A stretch of DNA of 60,232 nt, filler included, from Sphacelaria rigidula (lineage: Eukaryota): the NCBI GenBank assembly GCA_964200075.2. It is 10 parts of 10 records of this genome, joined end to end, with 100 filler letters (N's around TTAATTAATTAA, not from the genome) between each part and the next. Parts side by side here need not be neighbours in the genome. Positions count along the whole stretch, not along the records: positions 48,267 to 54,199 come from CAXNAA020023376.1; positions 54,300 to 60,232 come from CAXNAA020023377.1; 8 more parts are not named here. One strand, given 5' to 3'. A program made the position numbers and the translations under genes. Position 1 is the stretch's first letter; each line of letters begins with the position of its first letter. The notes beneath the pieces were generated by a model. That model ran no database searches and was not told where the DNA came from. It was given only the letters and a program-made list of their open reading frames with translations. Positions 49,006 to 60,232 of this stretch are shown here, piece by piece.

Positions 49006-50451
49006 TCGTTCTCTATGGCACTTGGTCAGTGATTCGCGGTGTTCCCTGGTTGCTCTGCTGCCCTGAATTCTTTAGGCTCCACCACTTCTGCAGTCTCCTT
49101 CTCTGCTTTCCCTATCCCCCATCTTTCTCTTTCTGTATGTATTCTTCCCTGCCGGTATATGACAGAACAGTGTGGTGCCTCGCTCCATTGTGTCTGTCTG
49201 TGGATGGGAGGTTTCATACCCCAAGTAGTGCGGTCATAGTAGATAAGCCCAAACAATATTTTCCTACGGCCTCTTGTTTTCTGCACCTGAGTGGGTATGA
49301 CTGTGGTTAGGCGCAAGACCTTCTCCACCGAAGCCAAGCCATGTAGCAGCCAGAGATCGGGCATTTTTGTTTTTTCCTTTTTCCATTTTTTTTTGTCGTT
49401 GTCGTTGTCGTAGTCGTAGTCTACCATGCTGTTCTGTTCTACCTTTTCAATTTCTTAGTATTTCTTGAGCGAGCGAGTTTTTCAATTTTCTTTTGTCTCG
49501 GGTAACTCTACCATGCGACCGCGGCTGGATCCCTGGGGAGTCAGTTAAGGTGCGACAATCAATCAATCAAATCAAATCAAATCAAATCAAATCGAATCGA
49601 ATCGAAATAAACCGAATCAAACCTGGTTCTGTGTTGTACCTGCTCTACTATTCTGTGTTCGCCCACCATCTCCCCTTCTCTCATCTTTCTCCATATGAAT
49701 AATACCGAGATAGCCCCCCCACAAAGATGCACCGGAGACCGTCCGACAAACCGGTTGCGATCCCACTATTGGGCTCGTTTGCAGCAATTTCACCCACATG
49801 AGAGGCGTGTAGCACTCTGAAATCAGCTATAACGCCCAAATTAGTCGCGTCGTGCAGCATGAAACCAGCTCTAACGGCATCTATGATCATCGCCTCCGTG
49901 CACATCTTTGGCGGGTTCGGGAGGGGGGGCACCTCGGCAGCAGCTACGTGTTTATTCCCTCTCAGTGTATGCCAGCCGCAGTTCGGTACCTCGCTTTCCT
50001 AGGGTTCGATGAATGAGAGCTCATGCCCGAAATAGTGTGGCCGAAATATGGGAACCGCAATCTGCTCACACGTCTCTTTTGCTGTGAGAGCATATGTTTT
50101 TGCGGAAGAACCTTTCCCACCTGAAGCCTGGGCTGCAGCGGTCAGCCATTTCTAGTTTTTTTTTCCATTATTTTCAGTCTACTCTGTCGGTTGTACCTGT
50201 CTGCGTTCTCCCCTTTTTCTTCAGCGAGTTTTGCCGTCTTGCTTGGGGTTATGGTTATTATTCATTTTTCCTATGGCCGCGCCTGCATCTCTGGGGAATC
50301 GGTTAGGGTTTCCGACAAATTAATCAATCAATTAATTAATCAATCGGTCGAGCAAAGCCGCATTTTCCCCCGATCTACCGGTGATGTTTCCTCTACTTTG
50401 ACGCCATGGAGGCACGGTGGGTGTCATGATACCTCACGGGTTCTAGGGGTA

Positions 50452-51001
50452 CAGTAGTGGGCGGTCTAACTATTCATTTTGTGGCATTTTGTGATTCTGT
50501 TGTGATTGGCGATTTTCTGGGACTCTTTTCGCTCTCCACCCCTTATCACATCGGGGACCTGAAGATATTTGTAACCGCTCCACATTCCAAGAAGAGAAAG
50601 TCATCTTTACTCAACATCGAGTGACTTACGGGCTGACCGGTCATCGGGGGTCCTGCCACTTTTCAGCCCAGTTATTACTCTTCTGTATTTTCGGTCGATC
50701 GAACCCGTCCCGATCATATTTGTAAAAAAGATGTACAGTTTTGTTTTCTTGAAATGCTGCCTACTCAGTGCACACTACCGAAAAACTGTGTTTCACGGTC
50801 AATAACACCCTCCTGATAAACGGGGTATTTACTCGTTTCGCCCGATAACACCAACTAACATTGACTTGGGCACTGTGTTTTGAAGATGATCTGTTTTGTT
50901 GTACCAACGTCTATCGACGATAGCAATTTCGAGTTCTATCGCAGAGTAGTACGCGAGGAAAACCCCCAAACACCCCTGAATGGTTAGACCACCCACTGCT
51001 G
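50452..51001. mobile_element. MITE B, complete, TA-flanked (Tc1/mariner-type)
   Basis: ta|cagtagtgggcggtctaactattca ... tgaatggttagaccacccactgctg|ta. Confidence 0.88.
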
Positions 51002-51206
51002 TATACTACTCTGATGAGGCTTCGCGTACAATATCACGCGACCCAAATATCTGCAGATGATAAGGTGGTTTAGTATACCTGAAATGGGAAGATTTGTGCG
51101 TTTGCGAAAATATGTGGAACTGAGTCAATATCTTCATGTCTCTCACGCAACCTCATTTGTCAGCTGTTCGTTCCGTTCCGGATCCCACTATTCTGATGCC
51201 AACTAA

Positions 51207-51687
51207 GGCCGGATGTTATGGGACACAGATTCTTGGCCCCAGAATTGTTCACTGTTGGGACGTTTGACCCACCTTTTGATCCCCAAACAAGGAAAATCGC
51301 CAACACACGTCTCGGACACTTTGCATCACCCCACAAAGGGGAGCCTAGCCTACCTTTCAGTTCGCTTGGCTCCGAGGTTCCGAGATTAGCCGCTGAACAA
51401 TAATTCGTGTGCAATAAAATCTACGGCGATCTCCACAAATTATTGGGCAAACTGCGGGATGTTGGGAAGCACAGATTATTGCACACGAATTATTGTTCAG
51501 CGGCCAGTGTAGGAACCTCGGAGCCAAGCGAATCTGAAATATAGGCTAGGCTGCGCTCTGTGGGGTCATGTAAAGTGTCCGAGACGCGTCTTGGCGATTT
51601 TCCCTGTTTGGGGGTGAAAAAGTGGGTCAAACGTTCTAAAAGTGAACAATCCGTGGGCCAAAACTCTTTTCGCCATAACATCCGGCC
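51207..51687. mobile_element. PIF/Harbinger-type foldback MITE, TAA TSD, ~210-bp arms
   Basis: taa|ggccggatgttatgg ... ccataacatccggcc|taa; arms pair inward to gtgcaataa/ttattgcac. Confidence 0.88.
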
Positions 51688-52149
51688 TAACAGCGAAAAT
51701 AAATGTTTACAGATTTCAAAGAAAATGAAGAGACGCGAAATGTTTACTTGAAAAACAAATTCATAAACTATTTTTTCATTGTCAGCTACGGTAGGGAGGG
51801 AATCATTTGACTCCACTAAAAAAAAAACCCTTGAAGGTGTGTCAGGCGACCTCACACACTCGCAGCACGCTCATATTTTGGGGGGAAAGCGGTGTCAAGC
51901 AGTATGAATGAGCGTTATTTATTGGTAGCAAGCGCATTCGAACAACCGTCGCTGCTTTTAACGACGGTCTGAAGTGGAGTGTCGTGGAAGAAATCGCCTA
52001 GAATGCCCCCCCCCCCACCCCACCCCCTATCGTAGCATGACTGTGGCATCAGTGATGGTGTGCTCCAGGACGATGAGCTCAGCAAATATTTCACGGGTGA
52101 AACGTACAATGGACAATCGCATGTTGTCGTAATGTCACTTTTTTTCTTA

Positions 52150-52340
52150 GGCCGTGTCTTATCAAATTGTTCTCGACTCGAAAACGTGAGGTGGAATCGA
52201 ATTTTGCTCGTCCCTGATACGTCCACGACGTTCATGTTTTCAACCATCTGAAAAAATAAATAGTGTAGACGAATCAGAGACGGTCGAATTCGATGCGACC
52301 GCACGTTTTCGACGCCAAAACAATTTGATAAGACACGGCC
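52150..52340. mobile_element. PIF/Harbinger-type (Tourist-like) MITE, TTA TSD
   Basis: tta|ggccgtgtcttatcaaattgtt ... aacaatttgataagacacggcc|tta. Confidence 0.9.
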
Positions 52341-53082
52341 TTACTCTCACTCTGGTGAAAACAGTCCAACAACATTACACTACCCAAGAAGAGCATGCTT
52401 GAAAACCCCCACAACCGTAGCGAACAGCCGGGGGCTTCGATCAGCCCAATTTGAAACGGAATGGCGCCGAAGAGCCGAGTTGGGCACAACCATCTCGCAG
52501 TGAACCTAAACGTCTCGGCTGCGGGCTGCGAGTTGGAACGGGCTACGCACCTTTTTCCACCCCCTACCCGGGTCCGCCTTGCTCCGTCTCGAAAGGGATG
52601 CGTGGTCAATGGTCAAATGAATAAGGCAAGCAACAAATGAGTACGCCCCCCTTACCCGGGTCCGCCTCGGAAGGGATACGCGGTCGATGGTCAAATGACC
52701 AAGGCAAGGAAGGAACAAATAAGTACGCTTCTCTTCTATCTCTATCTATTTTTCTCGGCAATTTTTCTCGGCGCAGTCCGCACTTAAAAATAAGACAAAC
52801 AATGATGGGAAAAAAAATGCCGTCGCTGTTTTCATTTTTCAAGCTCGTCTACGATTATGCTTCCGATGCCTCAAAGAAAGGGCGGCAAGAAAAATTCACC
52901 ATCGCAGTGATCATTACCCAGCAGCCTTCCACTTTCACACACATACACATACACACACACGCGCGCGCGCAAAATATGCTGTACCTAGAACATATGGCTT
53001 GAAAGGAAACAGGCCGCTGTCTCTCGCGTATTTCAAGTATATGTTATCGCAATTTTTTTTTTTTTACTGTTTTTTTTGTCAG

Positions 53083-53184
53083 GTTTGGAATGAAACATCC
53101 ATTGCGAAAGCGGAACGATATGACCAAGCGGACTGGAGAGTGTTCGAAGCCGCAAATGACATTCTCGATTTCAGACTCTGGACG
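53083..53184 (+). CDS. Candidate exon, possibly the C-terminal helix of a carbohydrate (Gal-3-O-type) sulfotransferase
   Basis: T-rich tract then tgtcAG|GTT...TGGACG|GTGAGC; 102 bp, phase 0; VWNETSIAKAERYDQADWRVFEAANDILDFRLWT resembles the N/D-x-x-D-x-x-L-Y-x-x-A-N motif. Confidence 0.5.
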
Positions 53185-54299
53185 GTGAGCTTTTCTACTG
53201 TAGGATAATTGCGGGCTCGTTTATTTTCGTCTTCAGTCTGTCGTGATACAAGCATGTATTCGTGCAGGTATGTGTGTGTTGACAGGGGGTGGGGAGGCGG
53301 GGGGGGAATCATGTGCTTCACGATGTACGTGCTGGGAAGTGCATATGATAATTATTACGTGTACGAGGACAGAGACGAGGGACCGCGAACTAAGCAAAGA
53401 GATTTTCGCCAACCTCTTGACTGCGACGTGAGTACGGATCTTTACTCCGCCAGCTTTTCATACATTATTTCAAGTCGTCAGTGTCGAAGTGGTCCGGCGT
53501 TTCGTGTGACGTCACCGATTTGTTGGGGGCCCCAAGCCGTTGGATATGACCTGGGATCCCAAGGAACCGGTCAAATCGACCGAAATACCGACTGCCTCAA
53601 CACTGGCGACCTCGGGCTTGCCTTCAGAAAGACGGGCGTAAAATGTCGCGCCCTAGCTCGCGAACTCGGCGTAAGGTTTGCCTGTCAAGTAAAATTCGCA
53701 TTGTTTCCGTGAACCAGCCTCTATATAGATGTAAATACCATACCCTGTACAAAAGAATACACGGTCAAAAAGTGTACTGCGTACAGTATTGACTATTGCG
53801 CCTATTGCAACAGGCTATAGATTCCATACTGTACGCAGTACATTTTTTGATCGTGTTTTCTATTGTCCAGGGTGTGGTAAATACATATGTGTATGTGCAC
53901 AGTATGTCATGTATATATATACACACATTTTTACCGTTACACTTTCGACCCCCCTCCCCCCCTCCCTCCTTGGGAAGAGTCCTTGCTGTCAAGGGATAAT
54001 ATTCCTTGTAAATATACACATTTTTGCCGTTGCACTTTCACGCCTCCCCCCCCTTCGCCCCCCTAATCCGGCGAAAACCCGGCATGCTCCGTCTCGGCTT
54101 TGTAGGGATGCGAGGTCAATGGTGTCATGGATATGGCATGCATGATCATGAGTGGGCACACACGCCCCCCCACCGCCCACCCCCGCACACACCCAACGCN
54201 NNNNNNNNNNNNNNNNNNNNNNNNNNNNNNNNNNNNNNNNNNNTTAATTAATTAANNNNNNNNNNNNNNNNNNNNNNNNNNNNNNNNNNNNNNNNNNNN

Positions 54300-54647
54300 T
54301 GTGTGTGTGTGTTGTCCCATTTATTCTGGGCACCAGTCTCCACCTTTCGGTATATGTGGGCGCATCAGCCGGGGTCACACAGGAAGAAGGTCAACACAGG
54401 AGCTTCTTTTTTTTTTGTATCCCACCTTCCTTCTGCGGTGCTTGCCTTTATTTCTTATCGCGAGAGGGGTCCAGCAGTCCCCTTCCCTCGTCAATCGTTA
54501 AGTCGAACTTTGTGTACCCACGAAATAGTCGCTCTCCACTGTAGAGCATGGTGTGAGAAAAGATTCCAGATCACTCCGGGGAACGAACCCCCCTACTCAA
54601 CCATCAGAAGGTTACGAGGTTACCAACCGAGCCACCGGGGCGACCGG
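54300..54647 (-). mobile_element. tRNA-derived SINE, uninterrupted copy
   Basis: Head ccggtcgccccggTGGCTCGGTTGG...GGTTCGTTCCC; body followed by a (CA)n tract at the contig edge. Confidence 0.8.
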
Positions 54648-54867
54648 CAAATTATGAGGAAAAACTACCGCTGAGGGAATACTATGAGAGATGTTGACCC
54701 TAGCTTACAGTTGCAGATATATTTTGAGGGGGGTGGGGTACCAAAAGAGTGGGGAGATACCAAAAGTACCCCAGGAGGGCATTTTTTCAAAAGCTGTCAT
54801 GATTTTTTTCCTTGTCAACTTTGTTGCAAGAACTTGATCAATAAAAATATTTTCAAATTGTTTTCTG

Positions 54868-55162
54868 TCAATTTTGTTGCAAGACAATTGATCAGTAAAA
54901 TACTGACAAAAACCGAAAAGTCTGGTAGGCTTTGCGAGGTTCGTATATCTCCTTCTACTCCTTGCCCGCTCTGTCCCGATGATATCAGATGCCGGGGAGC
55001 GTTTTTTCGGAAATTGTCCTGTTTTTTTCGGTAATTTTGTTGCAAAAAAATCATCAATAAACTCTGACAAAAACCGAAATGTCTGGTGAGCTTTGCGGGG
55101 TTCATATATCTGCTTCTACTCCTTGTCCGCTCTGTCTCGATGGCTTCAGATGCCGGAGGGCA
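54868..55162 (+). repeat. Tandem duplication, ~163-bp period
   Basis: aattttgttgcaa...ctgacaaaaaccgaaa...gtctggt...cttctactccttg...cagatgccgg occurs twice. Confidence 0.8.
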
Positions 55163-56359
55163 TTTTGTCGACCGCCAATGCTTCGGCAATAAACCAGGGG
55201 ACAGACGGTGGGTGTCGCCCCCTTAAAAACTCAATTTTTCGATCTTGGGGCCTTAATGCCCTGATATTGTTTTTTATGCTACCCCCTGTTTATGCCTTTG
55301 TTGTGCTCAAATGTCGAGAAACATTTGTTTTCCGAAAACGCGTTAGGTTGTGGTCAAAACCCCATGTTATGCCAAATTATACCCGCGCATAAGAAACAAA
55401 ATCCAAACGAAAGGCGTGTGCGACGACCCTTTGCGATGGGCACTGATACGAACCGGGCGACAGAAACACATGGTTGAATATACATGGTCTTCTTTAAACC
55501 CGGTTAAATCAATCGACGACCAGCCTAGAAAGAGTTTCTCCTTCGATCACGAATCTTTCACGACCTGGACATATGTTCTTGCATCGGCAAACTCGAGACA
55601 GCCGAGGGTAAAAAAAAATCATTTTCTGGTCGCCCGCTGCTCCGACAAGGCTTCAAGAGCGAAGCGCGCGGAAAATAACATAGTGTAAGCGAGTAAGATT
55701 TTGACACCGACCATTCTGAAGCGAACCGAAGCCTGAAACGACGGAGCAAGATCTGCGGAGGAAGTATCAAATAAGGTGTATCCTGGGATATAGAGTCGTG
55801 ACATATCTCTCGAAGAGTGCAGGTAAGTGGAAGCGCCTTTATCCACGTCTTGAGAGCCTAGAATGGGCAGTGACGCTCCCTAACGCCCATCAACAACTCG
55901 CAATTATGAGCCATTTGCTCATCATGTTCCCCAAGGGTGCGCACCCTCCGACGGGTGGGGAATCTCCGTATTCGGCCGAAGTATCCCATGCGTACCATAG
56001 GATAAGAGCACGCAAAGTTGGAACTGAAATCATCAGAAGGGGGTTGCACATGTTCGAGAACTCGGGGCGTTGTTTGGACGCCTGCCAGAGAAGCGTTTTC
56101 AATATGCGGTGCGTGCTGTACAGTTTATAACGGCAGCAGTGCAATATTACAACAGTGCGACAGTATGTGCCTTCACAACCAAAGTCGGTCAGTACCACAG
56201 CATACATATCGCAAGAATCGTATTTCACGATCTTTATGGTACAAGTTCGCAGTGACAAACAGGCAAGAGAAGAGGAATGCTCTAAGTTCGTCTTTTTGTC
56301 CTCCGTTTTCTGTAAACATGCGTCCGTTGGATGAGGGCGTGTCTTACCACCTATGTTTT

Positions 56360-56923
56360 CGGGGATGTAAGAAACCGCTGACCGGTTGTAACCGGTACGC
56401 AGGGTTCGCGGTACGTTACACGGAAATTCCAGGTTATTTTTACGTACGGGGGCCCGCTGATTGTGTGTGGAGGGTATTTCCATGGCGCGGGCCCCCTTTG
56501 GCAGCACGCAGCACACACCTGTACACATACACACAGAAAGACGGCCGCCCGCACAACCAAACGACCCACAGCAGATAGCAGACCCCACCAGACCACCATG
56601 GCATCCGCCTCTTGGGGTGCTGTAGGGCCCGCCCTCGGAGACCACCATGACATCTGCCTCTTGGGGTGCTCTATGGCCCGCTCTCTCGGCTGAGCCTGTG
56701 AACACACAGCAGTACCTTAGTACAATACATCACCGCATAGGGCATGTCTCGAGAGCTGCTTCCAAACGAAAAATATATCAGACATATACGTTGCGTACCA
56801 TCCCGGGGATGGTACGTTTTCGTCCCCGGCCTGCACGGTTGTAGCCTGTATGTTACATCAAAAGTTGATTTGCGGTTATAACCGGTACGTAACATGGTTC
56901 ACGCGCGGTTTCTTACATCCCTG
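56360..56923. mobile_element. hAT-like non-autonomous element (TIR CAGGGATGTAAGAAACCGC) with an internal ~49-bp duplication at 56591-56689
   Basis: cggggatgtaagaaaccgc / gcggtttcttacatccctg; subterminal taaccggtacg at both ends; TSD not clean. Confidence 0.65.
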
Positions 56924-58758
56924 TCTTTTTGTTTTTTTTGCCGAAAAAACGGGGCGGTGGAATCGATTTGAGCGATTTTTTTTCTCGTTTTGATGTTGTT
57001 TGGTCCAGTTGGATTTCCAAGCTTTCGATCGGAAAAAAAGGCAGTGAAATTCGTGAAATGGTACATGGTCAGTCGCGTACAGTATACAGATAGTCTTTTA
57101 CTGTCTGCACTGCTTGCAAGCAGTGTCTTGAGTGCGTGTGCGCACGTTTCGTACAGAAGGATATGAAAGAGAAGCGGGCAACGTGCGGTGCAGACAGCCC
57201 AGGACCGTCAGTTTTCTCTGCTTACAATGCGACATGAAAAGGACCTCAGCAACGTGCAGCTTTGTACTGCTTGCACTATCCATGAGCGCGCACGTCAGTC
57301 GGTTGCCCACCGTACCACGCAGTTTCTTCGCTGATCTTCACCATTAAAGGAGATGCGCAAGTTTTCGCCAACAAAAAGTATGCAAAGCACACCCAACTAC
57401 TGTAGTGTATCTATCCCTGTCCTCAACTCGAGCTCCATGCTGCAGGGTTGCGGTGGTGGCTGAGAATGAGTTGGATGGAGTTTGCATGGTTCTGTGAACA
57501 GGTATTGTGTGACGTGGTGGTGGTCTGTAAGATAGGAGTCAAGTGCCGCTTCGTGCCTTTCGACCGCATGTTTTCGATCGAAAAGCTTTTTTTTTTTTTT
57601 GTCAGAGAGTTTTTCTCCGCGCCACTAATTATAATTTTGAGCTGAAGCCTTCTGGGAGCGTAAATGCGGTGGGCCTACGTATCAGATCGGCAAAAAGAAA
57701 GTCGACCGCACTTTTTTAATCGAAAGAAAGTGCTAAGGCACGCCATGACGGGTTAAAACAACCCGCCGGGCAACTTGCAGGCAGCCCCGAATAGTTTCCT
57801 ACAATCTGCACCCCATAACATACCGAGATCCAGGACCGACGAAGAGGATGTTCATTATAACAGCACAGCAGTAGCACGGCACGGCTACTCCTGCCGTTGC
57901 TCTGCGCAAACGTAAAAACAACAACGTCTGTCTCCCCGAAACACGCTCCCAACCAACCAAGGTTCAACTCACCCAAGACGCTGTAGCTTCGTTGCAGATA
58001 TTGGTCGTTCTCGATCTTGTGATCGCCCAGATGTTGTGCGCTTCTGTTGGATGAGCAAAATATCACGTGGAAAATAAGTGTCATGCACAGGTTCTCATGT
58101 GTGGGAGTTCGAATGCATGGTAACCCTTTGTCGCCAGCTTCGTCTCGAAACAGTATCACCCGCTGACAGTCCAGGGTTTCGATGATGAGCGTATTATAGA
58201 ATTTACTTGACAATTGAGTAATAGGTTCAGGTTCGTATGTGCGGGCATTCAAAGGGTAACATTTCGTCGCCAGCTTCGTCTCAGAACAGTATCACCTGCT
58301 GACAGAGGAAGGTTTTCGACGGAAAGAGGACGGACGTTGTTGCTGACGGGAGGGTGCGGTTTTCCAGATAAGCCATACGACATGTCTACAGGAATTCCCG
58401 AGGTCGGGGCATCAGGCATCAGATCAGACCTGAAAGAGGTGGCGTCACTATTTCGATGGTCCTCAGGCCGTATCTTATGAAGACGAAAAAAAGGAGCGAG
58501 CAAAAACAAGCGAGAAAAAGAGTAATGTTGGTTGGTCGCCGCGATACCCCCTCACCTCCCGCCCGCCCCCCTCTTTCCGCGCGAAGAAAAGGGGCGGTGC
58601 TCCCTTTGAGGCGGCGGCGCTTTCTCTTGAGGTGGGGGCGATTTTTGCTTCTTCACACATCATTTTGGAATTTGAGGTACGAGCTTGGCCAGCTGATGGT
58701 CAACGCCCAGAGAATCGAAAAACTGACCTCGATTCTCACAGCTAGCCGAAAAACAGTG

Positions 58759-59552
58759 CACACGTCGGACAAGTCATGACTCGTCGAAACGAGTGCACTC
58801 GTTACTGTTTTTTGAAAACACCACGAGCATGACTCGTGTGCTCGAGTTATTATTATTTTTCACCACGGGCATGACTCATGTGCTCAAGTTGTTCATTTTT
58901 TTCACCACGAGCCATGACTCGAGTACTCGCCCTCTGATTTGTTTTCACCACGAGAAATGACTCGAGTGCTGTCGGACGCCGTCCCTTCCGGCGTTGCCGT
59001 CGTCGGCATCTTCTCTGCCGTGGTCTACTCACCCGTTGCCGATTCGCCAGCATCTTCACAAGAAGAAGGGTGGCTCATGGGCCGACACCAAACGGCACTG
59101 CTATTAAATGTGAATGTAAATGTACTCCTTGAGTAACACTCTCCAGTAGTAAGTGTGTATATGTTGTGCTTGGATAGAATGAAAGCGAGCTTTGGAGCTT
59201 GACACTTGTAGATGTGCAAATATGCATGTGAACTTGAAGATTCTTGGTTCAAAAACGTCGAGTAGCTGATTGAAATTATCTGCTCGTCGGATCGCTGACT
59301 CCTCAACTCAAGTCGTTCATCACGAGCATGTTTTGTGTGCTCGAGTTATCTATTTTTTTTCACCACGAGCACGACTCTTGTGCTCGAGTTTGTTTGTTTT
59401 TTCCCATCACGAGCAATGACTCGAGTACTCGCCCTATTGATTTTTTGTGCCACGAGCAGTGACTCGAGTACTCGCCCTATTACAAAAACGCCCAACGAAA
59501 AGCTGAACGAGTGCGAGTGCCACAAGCCATACTCGTGCTCGTCCGACGTGTG
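58759..59552. mobile_element. CACACGTCGGAC-TIR element with CTCGAG/CACGAG subterminal arrays
   Basis: aaaacagtg|cacacgtcggac ... gtccgacgtgtg|aaaacattg; repeated caccacgag...atgactcgagtactcgccct. Confidence 0.85.
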
Positions 59553-60232
59553 AAAACATTGCTGGGGTTCGAAAAATTAATCCGCGGGAGAAAATCGCCC
59601 TTAGACGGGCTGAGATCCTCAGATTTGTGTAAATGCACATCGTTTTCCCATTAAATGTGGTATTGGGCGCTGAAATTTTGACACGACTTTTTCATCACGA
59701 ACCCTTAAACAGCGAGGGTCGCCCCGGAACAGTTCCACGGGTTGACAGTCCAGTGACATCCGGGGGTTTCCAGGGGGCGGGGGGGGGGTGTGGTTTTGAC
59801 AGGGGCGTGGGGATCTGTTCGCAAAACAGTCAAAAGGCTCACCAAATAACCATGTGCGTTTGGAAGTTCCCCATGGGCTGTCATAAGCCAAAAACAAGGC
59901 CCCAGAGGAGCGGAGTGTGACCATTTCAGGCAATCATGGCTATCAAAATGGTCACTCTGTCCCCCTACAGATGGACTACAGGTGGTGGCCTACTTCGCTG
60001 TCTAGCCGTATTCTCATTTCGGTCATGACGAGTCAACCGTAGATTACATTAGCGCGAACAACGTGCTTTTCATTCTGCTCGTGATCTGTGCCGCCTAACA
60101 TGAGGTCAACCCTCGGAACGCGAGGGCGGTTCATCTGGGTTATGCATATTTTTTCCAAGTGAAGAGCAATGCTACGGTAGGGGTGCACTTTTTCGGGAAA
60201 TTTTGTCTGGTTCAGGGGCTCCTAACGATTCT

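Noticed and set aside
55890..56705. 271-aa minus-strand ORF and overlapping ORFs
   Set aside because: Runs through a hAT-like MITE and its internal duplication; no recognisable domain.
57950..58509. Minus-strand exon-like segments with a ~135-bp-spaced internal duplication
   Set aside because: Stops in the candidate frames and no recognisable homology; insufficient support.

Overview
This window is not one locus. It is ten unrelated contigs of 5933-5934 bp joined by an artificial 100-bp linker (44 N + TTAATTAATTAA + 44 N), so nothing should be inferred from adjacency across a linker. The DNA is eukaryotic: short GT-AG exons, long repeat-rich introns and CCCTAA repeats. From the repeat and gene content it is most likely a brown alga or other stramenopile (inference). 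Host gene pieces are two exons of an AFG1/ZapE-family ATPase, three TPR-type exons, one CP12-like exon, weaker DUF1995-like and sulfotransferase-like exons, and a frameshifted coiled-coil gene. Mobile DNA includes a decayed Ty3/Gypsy element with a chromodomain-like tail, LINE 3' fragments, a tRNA-derived SINE and at least eight MITE families, several nested with empty-site controls inside the window. The most interesting part is contig 6 (30168-36100), an intronless giant-virus-like segment. It starts with the C-terminus of a TnpB/Fanzor2 nuclease that the ORF track missed, followed by a structured omegaRNA-like 3' end. It also holds three copies of a module made of a TGTCACA-rich tandem array, a shared leader and a KilA-N/Bro-N-like start, plus a 637-aa GLUG/beta-helix-FN3 gene. 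Family assignments come from motif recognition only; no database search was run.
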